Notes under the pieces: generated by a model
Seen by the model: the letters and a program-made list of their open reading frames with translations, nothing else
What the model was told of the DNA's origin: nothing
Databases searched by the model: none
In this document: piece after piece, positions 9,548 through 19,061 of the stretch
Layout of the letters: every line of letters begins with the position of its first letter
Position numbering within the stretch: position 1 is the stretch's first letter
Source: Aurantimonas sp.
GTDB taxonomy: Bacteria > Pseudomonadota > Alphaproteobacteria > Rhizobiales > Rhizobiaceae
Assembly (NCBI GenBank): GCA_036252795.1
Contig: DASYHY010000061.1
Coordinates: 22,918-86,917 of the forward strand
Direction: 5' to 3'
Length of the DNA: 64,000 nt
Translations under genes and position numbers: made by a program

Positions 9548-10955
9548 AGAAGACGCTGGGAAGGTAGAAGACGATCTGCGGGAAGATGTAGACGATCGCC
9601 ATCGCCACGAACACCATGAACAGGAACGGCATGATGCCCTTGAATATCTGCGTCAGGCGCACCTCCGGCGGCGCGATCCCCTTCAGATAGTACGCGCTCA
9701 TCGCCATCGGCGGCGTGAGGAACGATGTCTGCAGGTTCAGCGCGACGAGGATGCCGAAGAACAGCGGGTCGATGTCGAACATTGCCAGCAGCGGCAGGAA
9801 GATCGGCACGAAGATGATGATGATCTCGCTCCACTCCAGCGGCCAGCCGAGCAGGAAGATGATCAGCTGGGCGAGCAGCAGGAACTGCAGCGGCGTCAGG
9901 TCGAGACCCTGCACGAACTCCGAGATCACCGCCTCGCCGCCGAGATAGGAGAAGACCGAGGAGAAGACGTAGGAGCCGACGAAGAGCCAGCAGACCATCG
10001 CCGTGGTGCGCACCGTCAGGTACACCGACTCGCGCAGCCGCTGGAATGTCATCGCCCGGTAGACCACCGCCAGCGCGAGCCCGCCCAGCGCGCCGATCGC
10101 GGCCGCTTCCGTCGGCGTGGCGAGGCCGAACAGGATCGAGCCGAGAACCGCCATGATCAGCACGAAGAGCGGCAGGAACGACGTGACGATCATCCAGATC
10201 AGCCGGCCCAGCGGCACGTCGGGGACCTCGCCGGGCGCTGGCTTCGGCGCGACGGAGGGTTGCAGGATTGAGCGCCCGACGACGTAAACCAGATAAAGCC
10301 CGACCAGCAGAAGGCCCGGAAGCAGGGCACCGGCATAGAGCCGCACGATCGAGGTGCCGGATGCCGCCGCGTAGACGATGAGCATGATCGAGGGCGGGAT
10401 CAGGATGCCGAGCGTGCCGCCGGCGCAGATGATGCCGGAAGCAAAGGACTGGTCGTAGCGCGCCTTCAGCATCGCCGGCAGGGCGAGCAGCCCCATCAGC
10501 GTCACCACCGCTCCGACGATGCCGGTGGCCGTGGCGAACAACGCACAGGTAATCAGGGCGGCGACGCCGAGCGAGCCCGGGACGTTCTTCGACGCGATGT
10601 TCAGCGTCGTGAAGAGGCGGTTGACGATGTTGGCGCGCTCGACGACGTAACCCATGAAGAGGAACAGCGGGACGGCGGTCAGCACCTCGTTGCTCATCAC
10701 CGTGTAGGTCTGGTTGATGAACAGGTCGAATATTCGGCTGTTGAAGAACCCGTCGAGCCACAGGCTGACACTGTCGTAGGTGCTCGCCTCCTCGCCGAGG
10801 CGGTTGAAGGCGCGCCACATCCGGTCGCCGTCGAAATAGGCGTAGTAGCCAAAGCCGATACCCATGGCCATCAGGGTGAAGGCGATCGGAAATCCGAGGA
10901 AGACGAGGAAGATGAACAGCCCCAGCATGAACAGGGCAAGCTGCGGTTCGGTCAT
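9540..10955 (-). CDS. dctM: TRAP transporter large permease (DctM family)
   Basis: Highly hydrophobic; VPLFLFMG, GTLGILIPPS and LTPPMA motifs. Confidence 0.93.
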   Translation of the reverse strand: MTEPQLALFMLGLFIFLVFLGFPIAFTLMAMGIGFGYYAYFDGDRMWRAFNRLGEEASTYDSVSLWLDGFFNSRIFDLFINQTYTVMSNEVLTAVPLFLFMGYVVERANIVNRLFTTLNIASKNVPGSLGVAALITCALFATATGIVGAVVTLMGLLALPAMLKARYDQSFASGIICAGGTLGILIPPSIMLIVYAAASGTSIVRLYAGALLPGLLLVGLYLVYVVGRSILQPSVAPKPAPGEVPDVPLGRLIWMIVTSFLPLFVLIMAVLGSILFGLATPTEAAAIGALGGLALAVVYRAMTFQRLRESVYLTVRTTAMVCWLFVGSYVFSSVFSYLGGEAVISEFVQGLDLTPLQFLLLAQLIIFLLGWPLEWSEIIIIFVPIFLPLLAMFDIDPLFFGILVALNLQTSFLTPPMAMSAYYLKGIAPPEVRLTQIFKGIMPFLFMVFVAMAIVYIFPQIVFYLPSVFYG

Positions 10956-11536
10956 GGATGTGCGTCGCTTTCGGCGGCCGTGGCCTTGTTGAGAATGACG
11001 TTCTCGGTCTCCTGCACGTCCTCGTCGGCGCGCATCCAGGAGCCGGTGCGAATGCAGACGATGCAGCGCAGGATCTCGGCGATGCCCTGGATGAACAGGA
11101 GGATGCCGGCGGCGACCATGACGGCCTTGAACTGGTAGATCGGGATGCCGGCGGGGCTGTTGACGCTGACCTCGCCGTAGCCGACCGAGCGGGCTGCGTA
11201 CTTCCAGCCGGTGATGATCAGGGCGGTCACGCCGGGGAAGAAGAAGAAGATATAGAGGATCAGGTCGACGGTCGCCTGGGTCCGTGGCTGCCAGAGCCGG
11301 TAGAGGAAGTCGCCGCGGACGTGGCCGCCGCGCGACAGCGTGTAGGCGCCGCCCATCATGAACAGCGTGCCGTACATGATGAAGGAGACGTCGAACGCCC
11401 AGGCGGTCGGACTGTTGAGCACGTATCGGACGAAGACTTCGTAACTCGTGCCGAAGGTCATCAGCATGATCAACCAGCCGAACGTCTTGCCGAAGGCGGC
11501 CGACAGCGAGTCGGCGAAGCGAATGAAAGCGACCAT
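10952..11536 (-). CDS. dctQ: TRAP transporter small permease (DctQ family)
   Basis: Four TM helices, EVFVRYVLNSPTAWA, GGHVRGD; overlaps the dctM start. Confidence 0.9.
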   Translation of the reverse strand: MVAFIRFADSLSAAFGKTFGWLIMLMTFGTSYEVFVRYVLNSPTAWAFDVSFIMYGTLFMMGGAYTLSRGGHVRGDFLYRLWQPRTQATVDLILYIFFFFPGVTALIITGWKYAARSVGYGEVSVNSPAGIPIYQFKAVMVAAGILLFIQGIAEILRCIVCIRTGSWMRADEDVQETENVILNKATAAESDAHP

Positions 11537-11612
11537 GGGTCCGGGATCCGTCTGCAGAAAGGCCCGGTGGCGTTGGCCACCGGGCTGATTCAATGATTCT
11601 GCTGGAGTTCGA

Positions 11613-12773
11613 TCAGCTGTCGAGCTTGCCCGGGAAGAAATGCTCGTAGGCCAGGCGGTAATCCGGCGAGTTGAGGATTTCGTAGTACGTCACCCGCTCG
11701 ACCCATTCGCGCTGGCTGTCCAGCACCTTCTTCATGAACGGGTCGGTCTCCAGTTCGGTGATCATCTCGGACCAGGCGTCGAGCTGCGCCTGAAGGATCT
11801 CCGTCGGCGTCTGGTGGACCGTGACGCCGCTTTCGCTCTGCAGCTTCTGCAGGTCGGCGGAATAATTGTCGAGAGCGAACGCGGTGTTCGCCGTCGATGC
11901 CGCCTCGACTGCGTATTCCATGATGGCGCGGAGATCTTCGTCGAGATCCTCCATGAAGTCCCGGTTGAACAGGAACTCGAACGCTTCCGATGCCTGATGG
12001 TAGGAGCCGAGATAGTAGTTCTTGGCGACGTCCTGCGCGCCGAAGCGCATGTCGGACGACGGATTGTTGAACTCGAAGGCATCGATGACGCCGCGCTCCA
12101 TCGCCGGCACGATCTCGCCGCCGGGCAGCTGGGTCACGCTCATGCCCATCGACTGCATGAGATCGGCAGCCAGGCCCACCGTGCGGTACTTGAAGCCGTT
12201 GATGTCGGCGACGGTGTTGACCTCGTTCTTGAACCAGCCGAAGGGCTGCGCCGGCATCGGGAAGCCGAGAAGCCCCACGATGTTGAGGCCCATGTTGTCC
12301 TGGGTAAGCTCGCGGTACAACTCGCGCCCGCCGCCCTGGTAGAACCAGGAGAGCATCGTCGTCGGATTGCCGCCGAAGACGGGGCCGGTGCCGAACAGCG
12401 ACGCGGCCTTGTTCTTTCCGTACCAGTAGGCGGACACCGAGTGCGCCACGTCGAGCACGCCGTCATTGACCGCATCGATGACCTGGAACGCGCCCACGAC
12501 CGCGCCTGCCGGCAGGAGGTCGATCGAAATGCGACCGCCGCTCATCTGCTCGACACGCTCGACATACTGGCGGGCCATGTCCATCCAGATGTCCGAGGCC
12601 GGCCAGGACGTCTGCATCTTCACCACGAGCGGCGACTGCGCGAGGACCGCGGGTGCGGCCAGGCTGGTCGCCGCGGCTCCCGCCACCACGGCGCCGCCGC
12701 GCAGGAATTTGCGTCGTGATACGGTGGCATCCGCCGTCGGCGTTACCAGACCGTTATTTGTGCGTCGCACCAT
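11613..12773 (-). CDS. TRAP substrate-binding protein (DctP/TakP-like), Tat-exported
   Basis: SRRKFL Tat signal; GGEIVPAMERGVIDAFEF; GGAGG RBS. Confidence 0.92.
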   Translation of the reverse strand: MVRRTNNGLVTPTADATVSRRKFLRGGAVVAGAAATSLAAPAVLAQSPLVVKMQTSWPASDIWMDMARQYVERVEQMSGGRISIDLLPAGAVVGAFQVIDAVNDGVLDVAHSVSAYWYGKNKAASLFGTGPVFGGNPTTMLSWFYQGGGRELYRELTQDNMGLNIVGLLGFPMPAQPFGWFKNEVNTVADINGFKYRTVGLAADLMQSMGMSVTQLPGGEIVPAMERGVIDAFEFNNPSSDMRFGAQDVAKNYYLGSYHQASEAFEFLFNRDFMEDLDEDLRAIMEYAVEAASTANTAFALDNYSADLQKLQSESGVTVHQTPTEILQAQLDAWSEMITELETDPFMKKVLDSQREWVERVTYYEILNSPDYRLAYEHFFPGKLDS

Positions 12774-13047
12774 GATATTCCTCCCTTACAGTTTTCAACG
12801 AAAGCTAAGTCTCGTGCCTCCCAGCGCGGCAAAGATTGCCGATTAGTCCTCTTGCGTCAATGAACTGTTGGACGATTAAAGCGGCCGCAGCCGCGGAAAG
12901 GCACGCGTGCGCCTGCGAAACGGCCGGCGCGCGCAGCACGGCGTCGCGGGCATCGCATGACGCGTGAGTTCGGCGGCGCCCGGCAGGCGCCGCTCCGTCG
13001 CGATCAGGGCAGGGGCTTCGGGTTGGCCGGCTTCGGCACCGGCGCGA

Positions 13048-13578
13048 TCAGCCGTTGAAGGCGGTCTTCAGCAGGTTGATCTGCTCGCCCACCGGATTCG
13101 TTGCCGGTCCGCCTTCGTGGCGCGCAGCCTCGCCGTAGATTTCCCGGTCCAGCATGGCGATCCGCCGCTCGAGCTTGATCGCCCGATCGACGATGTGGCG
13201 AAATGTCTCCGGCAGTTCGGCATATTGGGGCGACTCGCGGGCGCTGCCGAGCCCTTCCAGCCGCACCTTGACCTTCTCCGCCTCCACCTGCGCCCGCGAC
13301 ATGTCGCCCTGGTTGGCGGCACGCTGGAGCAATAGCCACGACGCGACCTGCATCAGCCGCGTGGTCAGGCGCATCGACTCCGCGGCGTAGAGCGTGGCGC
13401 CCGCCTTGGACATCGCCTTCGCCTCGAGCCGGCCGGCGCCGTCGAGATAGATCGCGGTTTCGTCGACCAGCGCCATCCCCTCGTTGAAGAGGGGCTGGAA
13501 CGAGCGTGAGAACGCCAGATGCTCGGCAAGCCGGATCGTCCGGTCTTCGGGGTGGGAATCGTTGATCTGCATGGTCAT
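13048..13578 (-). CDS. rcdA: DUF1465 protein, CtrA proteolysis adaptor RcdA
   Basis: FNEGMALVDETAIYLDG, YAAESMRLTTRLMQVASWLLLQRA, NPVGEQINLLKTAF; start at 13578 or 13572. Confidence 0.9.
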   Translation of the reverse strand: MTMQINDSHPEDRTIRLAEHLAFSRSFQPLFNEGMALVDETAIYLDGAGRLEAKAMSKAGATLYAAESMRLTTRLMQVASWLLLQRAANQGDMSRAQVEAEKVKVRLEGLGSARESPQYAELPETFRHIVDRAIKLERRIAMLDREIYGEAARHEGGPATNPVGEQINLLKTAFNG

Positions 13579-13744
13579 AGCCTGCGACAGTCTCCCGGCG
13601 GCCTGCGTCACGCCCGTCTCGGCAGGACGAAGATTCGTGCTTTGCGGGAAAGTGCGGCGAGACCCCCTGCTTGGCAAGCGCATGCCGGTAACAATGGTTA
13701 ATCCGCCTTAAGCTATCCGCCGAGGCGAAGGACCGCGAAACACC

Positions 13745-13771
13745 AAAAAAAAGAGCCGCGAAAGCGGCTCT
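13745..13771 (-). terminator. Intrinsic terminator on the minus strand
   Basis: 8-bp GC-rich stem, tetraloop, eight U residues. Confidence 0.85.
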
Positions 13772-13840
13772 CAGGAGTTTCAACAGGGAGGCGTCAAACG
13801 GGGCGGAGACCGCTCCGTCTATCCAGCAATCTGGACCGAC
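13745..13840 (-). ncRNA. Candidate trans-acting sRNA upstream of rcdA
   Basis: Two hairpins, single-stranded CUCCCU/CUCCU tract, terminator AGAGCCGC-TTTC-GCGGCTCT followed by U8; 5' end estimated. Confidence 0.55.
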
Positions 13841-13861
13841 CAAAGTTAAACACCGGAAACC

Positions 13862-13877
13862 TTACCCGGGGATTAAC
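13862..13877. promoter_or_regulatory. CtrA box, one mismatch (TTAC-N7-TTAAC)
   Basis: TTAC-CCGGGGA-TTAAC between the candidate sRNA and the quinone oxidoreductase gene. Confidence 0.55.
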
Positions 13878-13929
13878 GGCGCCTCGCCATCGAAAGATTC
13901 TCTCTACCTTCCCGGGCCGGAGGCACAAG

Positions 13930-14916
13930 ATGACGAACGAAATGACGGTCATGCAGCTCGACGGGTTCGGCGGCCCGGAGGTTCTGAAACCCGGGCACCG
14001 GCCCGTGCCGCAGCCTGGCTCGGGCGAGATCCGCGTGGCGGTTGCCGCCGCCGGGGTGAACCGGCCCGACGTGCTGCAGCGACTCGGCGTCTATCCCCCG
14101 CCGGCAGGCGCGCCCGACTGGCCGGGGCTCGAGATCGCCGGCACCGTCGACGCGGTCGGCGACGGCGCGACGCGCTACAGGGTGGGCGACCGCGTGACGG
14201 CCCTCGTTCCGGGCGGCGGCTATGCGACCTATGCCACGGTTGCCGAGGCGAACGCACTGCCGGTGCCGAAGGGAATGTCCCTCGAGGAGGCCGCCGGCAT
14301 CCCGGAAACCTTCTTCACCGTCTGGCACAATGTCTTCCAGCGGGGCGGGCTGGCTTCCGGCGAGACGTTTCTCGTCCATGGCGGCACCTCCGGCATCGGC
14401 ACGACCGCGATCCAGCTCGCCCGCGCGTTCGGGGCGCGGGTGTTCGCGACCGCCGGCAGCGACGACAAGTGCCGCGCTGCCGAGCGTCTCGGAGCGGAAC
14501 TGTGCGTGAACTACCGGAGCGGCGACTTCGTGCCGGCCCTGAGCGAGGCGACCGGGGGCAGGGGGATGGACCTCATCCTCGACATGGTCGGCGGCGACTA
14601 CACGAATCGCAACCTGAAGCTGGCCGCCGAGGATGGGCGCATCGTGCAGATCGCCTTCCTGAAGGGCCCGAAGGTGGAGATCGACCTCAATCTCGTCATG
14701 CGCAAGCGGCTGACCCTCACCGGCTCGACACTCCGGGCAAGATCGGTCGCATTCAAGGCTCAGATCGCCCGCGAGCTCGAGAAGCATGTGTGGCCGCTGC
14801 TTGCCGACGGCACCGTCCGGCCGCTGATCGAGGCACGCTACCGGCTCGATCAGGCCGCGGAGGCGCATCGGCACATGGACGAGGATCACATCGGGAAGAT
14901 CGTGCTGACGATCTGA
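13930..14916 (+). CDS. NAD(P)H-quinone oxidoreductase (PIG3/MDR family)
   Basis: GVNRPDVLQR, PGLEIAG, HGGTSGIGTTAIQLA, HIGKIVL. Confidence 0.92.
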   Translation: MTNEMTVMQLDGFGGPEVLKPGHRPVPQPGSGEIRVAVAAAGVNRPDVLQRLGVYPPPAGAPDWPGLEIAGTVDAVGDGATRYRVGDRVTALVPGGGYATYATVAEANALPVPKGMSLEEAAGIPETFFTVWHNVFQRGGLASGETFLVHGGTSGIGTTAIQLARAFGARVFATAGSDDKCRAAERLGAELCVNYRSGDFVPALSEATGGRGMDLILDMVGGDYTNRNLKLAAEDGRIVQIAFLKGPKVEIDLNLVMRKRLTLTGSTLRARSVAFKAQIARELEKHVWPLLADGTVRPLIEARYRLDQAAEAHRHMDEDHIGKIVLTI

Positions 14917-15004
14917 GGCTGCGGCGAGGCGGGAGCCGTTGCAGTGGCCACGCCGGACGGGGAGTCCACGTGCCGTGGAATTCGCGACGGCCGGTGCCCC
15001 GTCC

Positions 15005-15033
15005 TTGCACCGCTCCTGCCGACACCTTATAAC
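15005..15033 (+). promoter_or_regulatory. Sigma70-type promoter for trcR
   Basis: TTGCAC-N17-TATAAC. Confidence 0.6.
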
Positions 15034-15108
15034 GGCCACCAATTCCAAGACATGTGGTGAGAACCCACGGCCTTCCTTCCGGGGCGGGCACTAAGGAGGA
15101 TTGTATCC

Positions 15109-15819
15109 GTGGCACAGCAACTATTGATGCCGAAGGCGACGGCGGTCTGGCTCGTCGACAACACCTCGCTTTCCTTCGAGCAGATCGCCGATTTCTGCAC
15201 GCTGCATCCGCTCGAGGTGAAGGCGATCGCCGACGGCGAGTCGGCGCAGGGCATCAAGGGTCTCGATCCGTTGATGAACGGCCAGCTGACCCGCGACGAG
15301 ATCGAGAAGGCCGAGAAGGATTCCAACCACCGGCTCAAGCTCGCCGCGCCGAAGGTGCGCGTGCCGGAGGCGAAGCGGAAGGCGCCGCGCTACACGCCGG
15401 TGTCGAAGCGCCAGGATCGGCCGAACGCGATCCTCTGGCTGGTGCGCAACCATCCGGAGCTGAAGGACGCCCAGATCTCGCGCCTGGTCGGGACGACGAA
15501 GAACACCATCCAGCAGATCCGCGAGCGCACGCACTGGAACTCCGCCAGCCTCCAGCCGATGGACCCGGTGACGCTCGGCCTGTGCTCGCAGATCGACCTC
15601 GACCTGGAGGTCGAGAAGGCCTCGCGCGGCATCGTGCGTCCCGAGGAGATCGCCGAGGAGGAGCGGCTGCTGTCGGCCTCGCAGACCCAGAACTGGGATC
15701 ATCGCCAGCAGCCTGCCGCACCCGCGGAGGACGCAGAGCTCGATGCGGCGGCGGTGTTTGCCAAGCTCACCTCGATGCGGCGCACCGAGACGGACGAAGA
15801 AGAAGACGATCGGGGCTGA
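15109..15819 (+). CDS. trcR: DUF1013 family cell-cycle transcriptional regulator TrcR
   Basis: LLMPKATAVWLVDNTSLSFEQIADFCTLHPLEV, RYTPVSKRQDRPNAI; AAGGAGG RBS, GTG start. Confidence 0.88.
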   Translation: MAQQLLMPKATAVWLVDNTSLSFEQIADFCTLHPLEVKAIADGESAQGIKGLDPLMNGQLTRDEIEKAEKDSNHRLKLAAPKVRVPEAKRKAPRYTPVSKRQDRPNAILWLVRNHPELKDAQISRLVGTTKNTIQQIRERTHWNSASLQPMDPVTLGLCSQIDLDLEVEKASRGIVRPEEIAEEERLLSASQTQNWDHRQQPAAPAEDAELDAAAVFAKLTSMRRTETDEEEDDRG

Positions 15820-15885
15820 CCGGCACCGTACGCGCCGCGGCGGGGCTCTCGGTCCCCGGCGCGGTCGGCCGCGAAGGCTGCCGGC

Positions 15886-16677
15886 TCAGCCTTCCTCCGG
15901 CACCGGCATCGTGTAGTTGAGGCCGAGCCGGCCACCGTCGGCGTAGATCGTCTGCCCGGTCACATAGCTCGCGTCTCTGGAAGCCAGGAAGGCGGCCACG
16001 CCCGCGATCTCCTCGGGGTCGCCGATCCGGCCGAGCGGGGTGCGCGACAGGATCTTCCGTTTCGCCGCCTCGTCGCTCGCCACCGCCTTCAGGAGGTCGG
16101 TCATGATCGAGCCGGGGCCGATGGCATTGACCCTGATGCCGTAAGGGGCCAGCGACAGCGCCATGACCTTCGTCAGCTGGCTGATCCCGCCTTTCGACAC
16201 CGAATAAGCAACCTGGTCCGCCAGCGCGAAGACGGCGTTCACCGACGACATGTTGATGATCGACCCCGGCTGGCCGCCCGCCATCACCTTCTCGACCATG
16301 TGCTTAGCGACCGCTTGGCCGCAGAGGAAGGAACCCTTGAGGTTCACGTCGAGGACGCGCTCGAAGGCGCTTTCCTCCAGTTCGAGGAAGTCCGCCTTGT
16401 GGACGATCCCGGCATTGTTGACGAGGATGTCGACGTTGCCGAACTCGCCCAGCGCCATCGCCAGGAGATTGTGGACGTGCAGGCGGTCGGCGACGTTGCA
16501 GACGGCCGAACGCACGTCGCCCCATTCGGCCAGCGACTGCTCCGCGGCCGTCCCGGCCTTCTCGTCGATATCGGCGATGACGACCTTCGCGCCATCCTGC
16601 AGGAAGCGGCGGGCGACGGCGTAGCCGATCCCCTTGGCGCCGCCGGTGACGACCGCGACCTTTCCGTCGAATGCCAT
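15886..16677 (-). CDS. Short-chain dehydrogenase/reductase
   Basis: TGGAKGIG, NNAG, YSVSK, RVNAIGPG. Confidence 0.92.
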   Translation of the reverse strand: MAFDGKVAVVTGGAKGIGYAVARRFLQDGAKVVIADIDEKAGTAAEQSLAEWGDVRSAVCNVADRLHVHNLLAMALGEFGNVDILVNNAGIVHKADFLELEESAFERVLDVNLKGSFLCGQAVAKHMVEKVMAGGQPGSIINMSSVNAVFALADQVAYSVSKGGISQLTKVMALSLAPYGIRVNAIGPGSIMTDLLKAVASDEAAKRKILSRTPLGRIGDPEEIAGVAAFLASRDASYVTGQTIYADGGRLGLNYTMPVPEEG

Positions 16678-16769
16678 CGGGCTTCTCCTTCGTTGCGCTG
16701 CCGGCCTTTGGGGAGCCGGCGAAAGCGCCTGCATAGCAGAAGCTCCAGCGCGTGCGCGAGGCCGCTGCC

Positions 16770-17579
16770 TCAGCCGTTGCCGCGGAAACCGGGATACAGC
16801 GTCATGCCGCCGTCGATGAAGAGCGTCTGGCCGGTGATGTAGTCGGCCGCGTCGGAAACCAGCCAGGCCACAGCCCGGCCGATATCGGCCGGCTCGCCGA
16901 TCCGGCCGTAGGGGATGAGCGCCAGCATCTCCTCCTTGCCTTCCTCGCGTTCCTCGGCGTTGATGGCGGTTGCGATCGCGCCCGGCGCCACCGAGTTCAC
17001 CCGGATCCTCTCCCGGGCGACCTCCTGCGCGATGGAGCGCATCAACAGGTCCATTCCGCCTTTCGACGCCGCGTAGTTGGCGCGATAGGCCCAGGGGATC
17101 ACCTGGTGGACCGACGAATCGAAGACCAGCTTGCCGAGGGCCCGGCTGACCGATGGCCGGTCGCCCTTCGCGCGGAAGCGTCGCACCGCCTCGCGCCCCA
17201 CCAGGAACGAGCCCGTGAGATTGATGCCGATCACCGCGTTCCAGTCGTCGAGGGTCATCTCCGCGAGCGCCGCGTCCTTCTGAATCCCGGCGTTGGAGAC
17301 GACGATGTCGAGGGGGCCGAATTCCTGCTCGGCCCGGTCGAACATCGCCAGGACATCCGCCTCGGACGAAACGTCGGCCGCAATGGCGATAGCTCGCGCC
17401 CCGAGCGCCCCGACCGCCGAGACGACCTCGTCGGCCTTGTCCGCGGATCCATGGTAGTTGATCACGACGTCCGCCCCGGCGCGGGCGAGTTCCAGGGCCG
17501 TCGCCTTGCCGATCCCGGATGAGGAGCCGGTGACGAGGGCGGTCTGGCCCTTCAGGCTGAGCAGGTCGGTTGATGCCAT
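16770..17579 (-). CDS. SDR, glucose 1-dehydrogenase-like
   Basis: TGSSSGIG, SNAGIQ, SSVHQVIPW, YAASK; GGAGG RBS. Confidence 0.9.
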   Translation of the reverse strand: MASTDLLSLKGQTALVTGSSSGIGKATALELARAGADVVINYHGSADKADEVVSAVGALGARAIAIAADVSSEADVLAMFDRAEQEFGPLDIVVSNAGIQKDAALAEMTLDDWNAVIGINLTGSFLVGREAVRRFRAKGDRPSVSRALGKLVFDSSVHQVIPWAYRANYAASKGGMDLLMRSIAQEVARERIRVNSVAPGAIATAINAEEREEGKEEMLALIPYGRIGEPADIGRAVAWLVSDAADYITGQTLFIDGGMTLYPGFRGNG

Positions 17580-17782
17580 GGGATGTCCTCCGGTCCGGCG
17601 GGTGGCGGTGTCTCCAGTCGGCGTCAACGCGGCATGGGCGAAATGGCTGCGGGCGGGATTGGCACGGACGTGCGGGCTCCGCGCGGCGATGCGCCGCCGA
17701 CATGTCCGAGTTGGACGGCGAGCCGCTGCGTACTATCCTGCGTTGCTCAGTGCTCGGCATCCTCGGCCGGGCATCGCTTTCG

Positions 17783-18940
17783 ATGGACAAAGGGCAGCGT
17801 TACTTGGCCAGCACGATTGAAACGAGTGTCCGCCGCGCGCTGCAGGAAGGAAATGCCGACGATCCGGATTTCCGCGTCCAGGTTTACGAGGCGGCCGAAC
17901 GCGCCATCCAGCGCGTCGTCGTGGAAAAGGGCGTCGGGCAGGACGTCGCCGACCGCCAGCTCGAACAGCTGATCGCCGCCATCGAGCGCATCGAGGCGGA
18001 TTATCCCCCGGCAGGACCCGAGGCGCCGTATGCGCCGGGCGCGGATGAAGCCGGTACGGAGCCGGCGCCGGCAGGCTTCGAGATGTCGGAGCCGGACGAC
18101 GACGCGGGCCCGGTGCCGCAGGTCCCGCCCGGATCGGGCGATCCTTCGGAACCGTTCGACGGCGCGATCGAGGATGCGCGGCCGGCCGATGCTTCACCGC
18201 GCCCGGACGCACCTTTGCCGCTGCGCGAGGCACGGACGGCGGACACCGTCAGCGAACCGCACCGGCTGGACTCCGCCGGGGAATGGTCGCCCGGCAATCG
18301 CCAGCGTTCCGCGTCGTCGCGGCGGTCCTCCCGCTGGCTCGTCGGCCTTGTCGCCGCGATTCTCGTTCTGGCGCTGCTGGCGGGCGCTGCATGGTGGTTC
18401 TCCGCCTCCATCCTGCAGACGCCGCAGGCCGAGCCCGAGGGAGCCACGGTCGAGGACGCCATCCGCGCGGCATCGGGGGAGGGCGGCGAGGCTTCGGGAG
18501 ACTGGATCGGGATCTTTTCCGGCAGCGAGATCGCCAACGTGCGGGCCGTCGACGGTGGCAGGGTCGCGGCCGAGCAGGTGGCAGGCGGGCAGCCCGCCGT
18601 GCGGATCGAGGTGCCCGCGGTCGGGGGTGGTACCGAGATCGGTCTGGTCATCGGCCCGGGCGTCGTGCGCTCGCTCGGCGGGCAGACGGTGCGCGGCGAA
18701 CTCACCGTCGGTTCTCCCGACGGGACCCGGCGCGAGTTCAGCTTGCGCTGCCTCTTCGCCGGCGAGACCACCTGCGGGCGCCAGCGCTTCGCAACGAGCA
18801 TCGCCGAAGAGACATTCGTCTTCGACATGGAGATACCGGCCGGCGCGACGCAGGAGGGTCAGATCGCGATCGACCCCGGCATCGGACAGGAAACCCGCGA
18901 CCTGATGATCTTCGGCTTGCGCGTCCGCCCCGCCGGGTGA
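17783..18940 (+). CDS. Hypothetical bitopic membrane protein
   Basis: Helical N-terminal domain, Pro/acidic linker, one TM helix (WLVGLVAAILVLALLAGAAWW), beta-rich C-terminal domain; start 17783 or TTG 17804. Confidence 0.7.
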   Translation: MDKGQRYLASTIETSVRRALQEGNADDPDFRVQVYEAAERAIQRVVVEKGVGQDVADRQLEQLIAAIERIEADYPPAGPEAPYAPGADEAGTEPAPAGFEMSEPDDDAGPVPQVPPGSGDPSEPFDGAIEDARPADASPRPDAPLPLREARTADTVSEPHRLDSAGEWSPGNRQRSASSRRSSRWLVGLVAAILVLALLAGAAWWFSASILQTPQAEPEGATVEDAIRAASGEGGEASGDWIGIFSGSEIANVRAVDGGRVAAEQVAGGQPAVRIEVPAVGGGTEIGLVIGPGVVRSLGGQTVRGELTVGSPDGTRREFSLRCLFAGETTCGRQRFATSIAEETFVFDMEIPAGATQEGQIAIDPGIGQETRDLMIFGLRVRPAG

Positions 18941-19061
18941 TCCTGCCCGCCGGCGAAGGCTCTCGCGGCCTCCGTCAGACGGCTCTGCAATATCTCCTCT
19001 AGGACAGGCCCATGATCTGCCGATTGCGCCGCTGCGGCCATCCAGTCGAGCTCGAAGCACC

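Noticed and set aside
13694-13711. TTAA-N6-TTAA before rcdA as a full CtrA box
   Set aside because: Spacer is 6, not 7; kept only as a TTAACCAT half-site
15886-17790. Apparent 634-aa double-SDR fusion
   Set aside because: The upstream SDR is in another frame with its own stop at 16770; the real downstream gene starts at 16677
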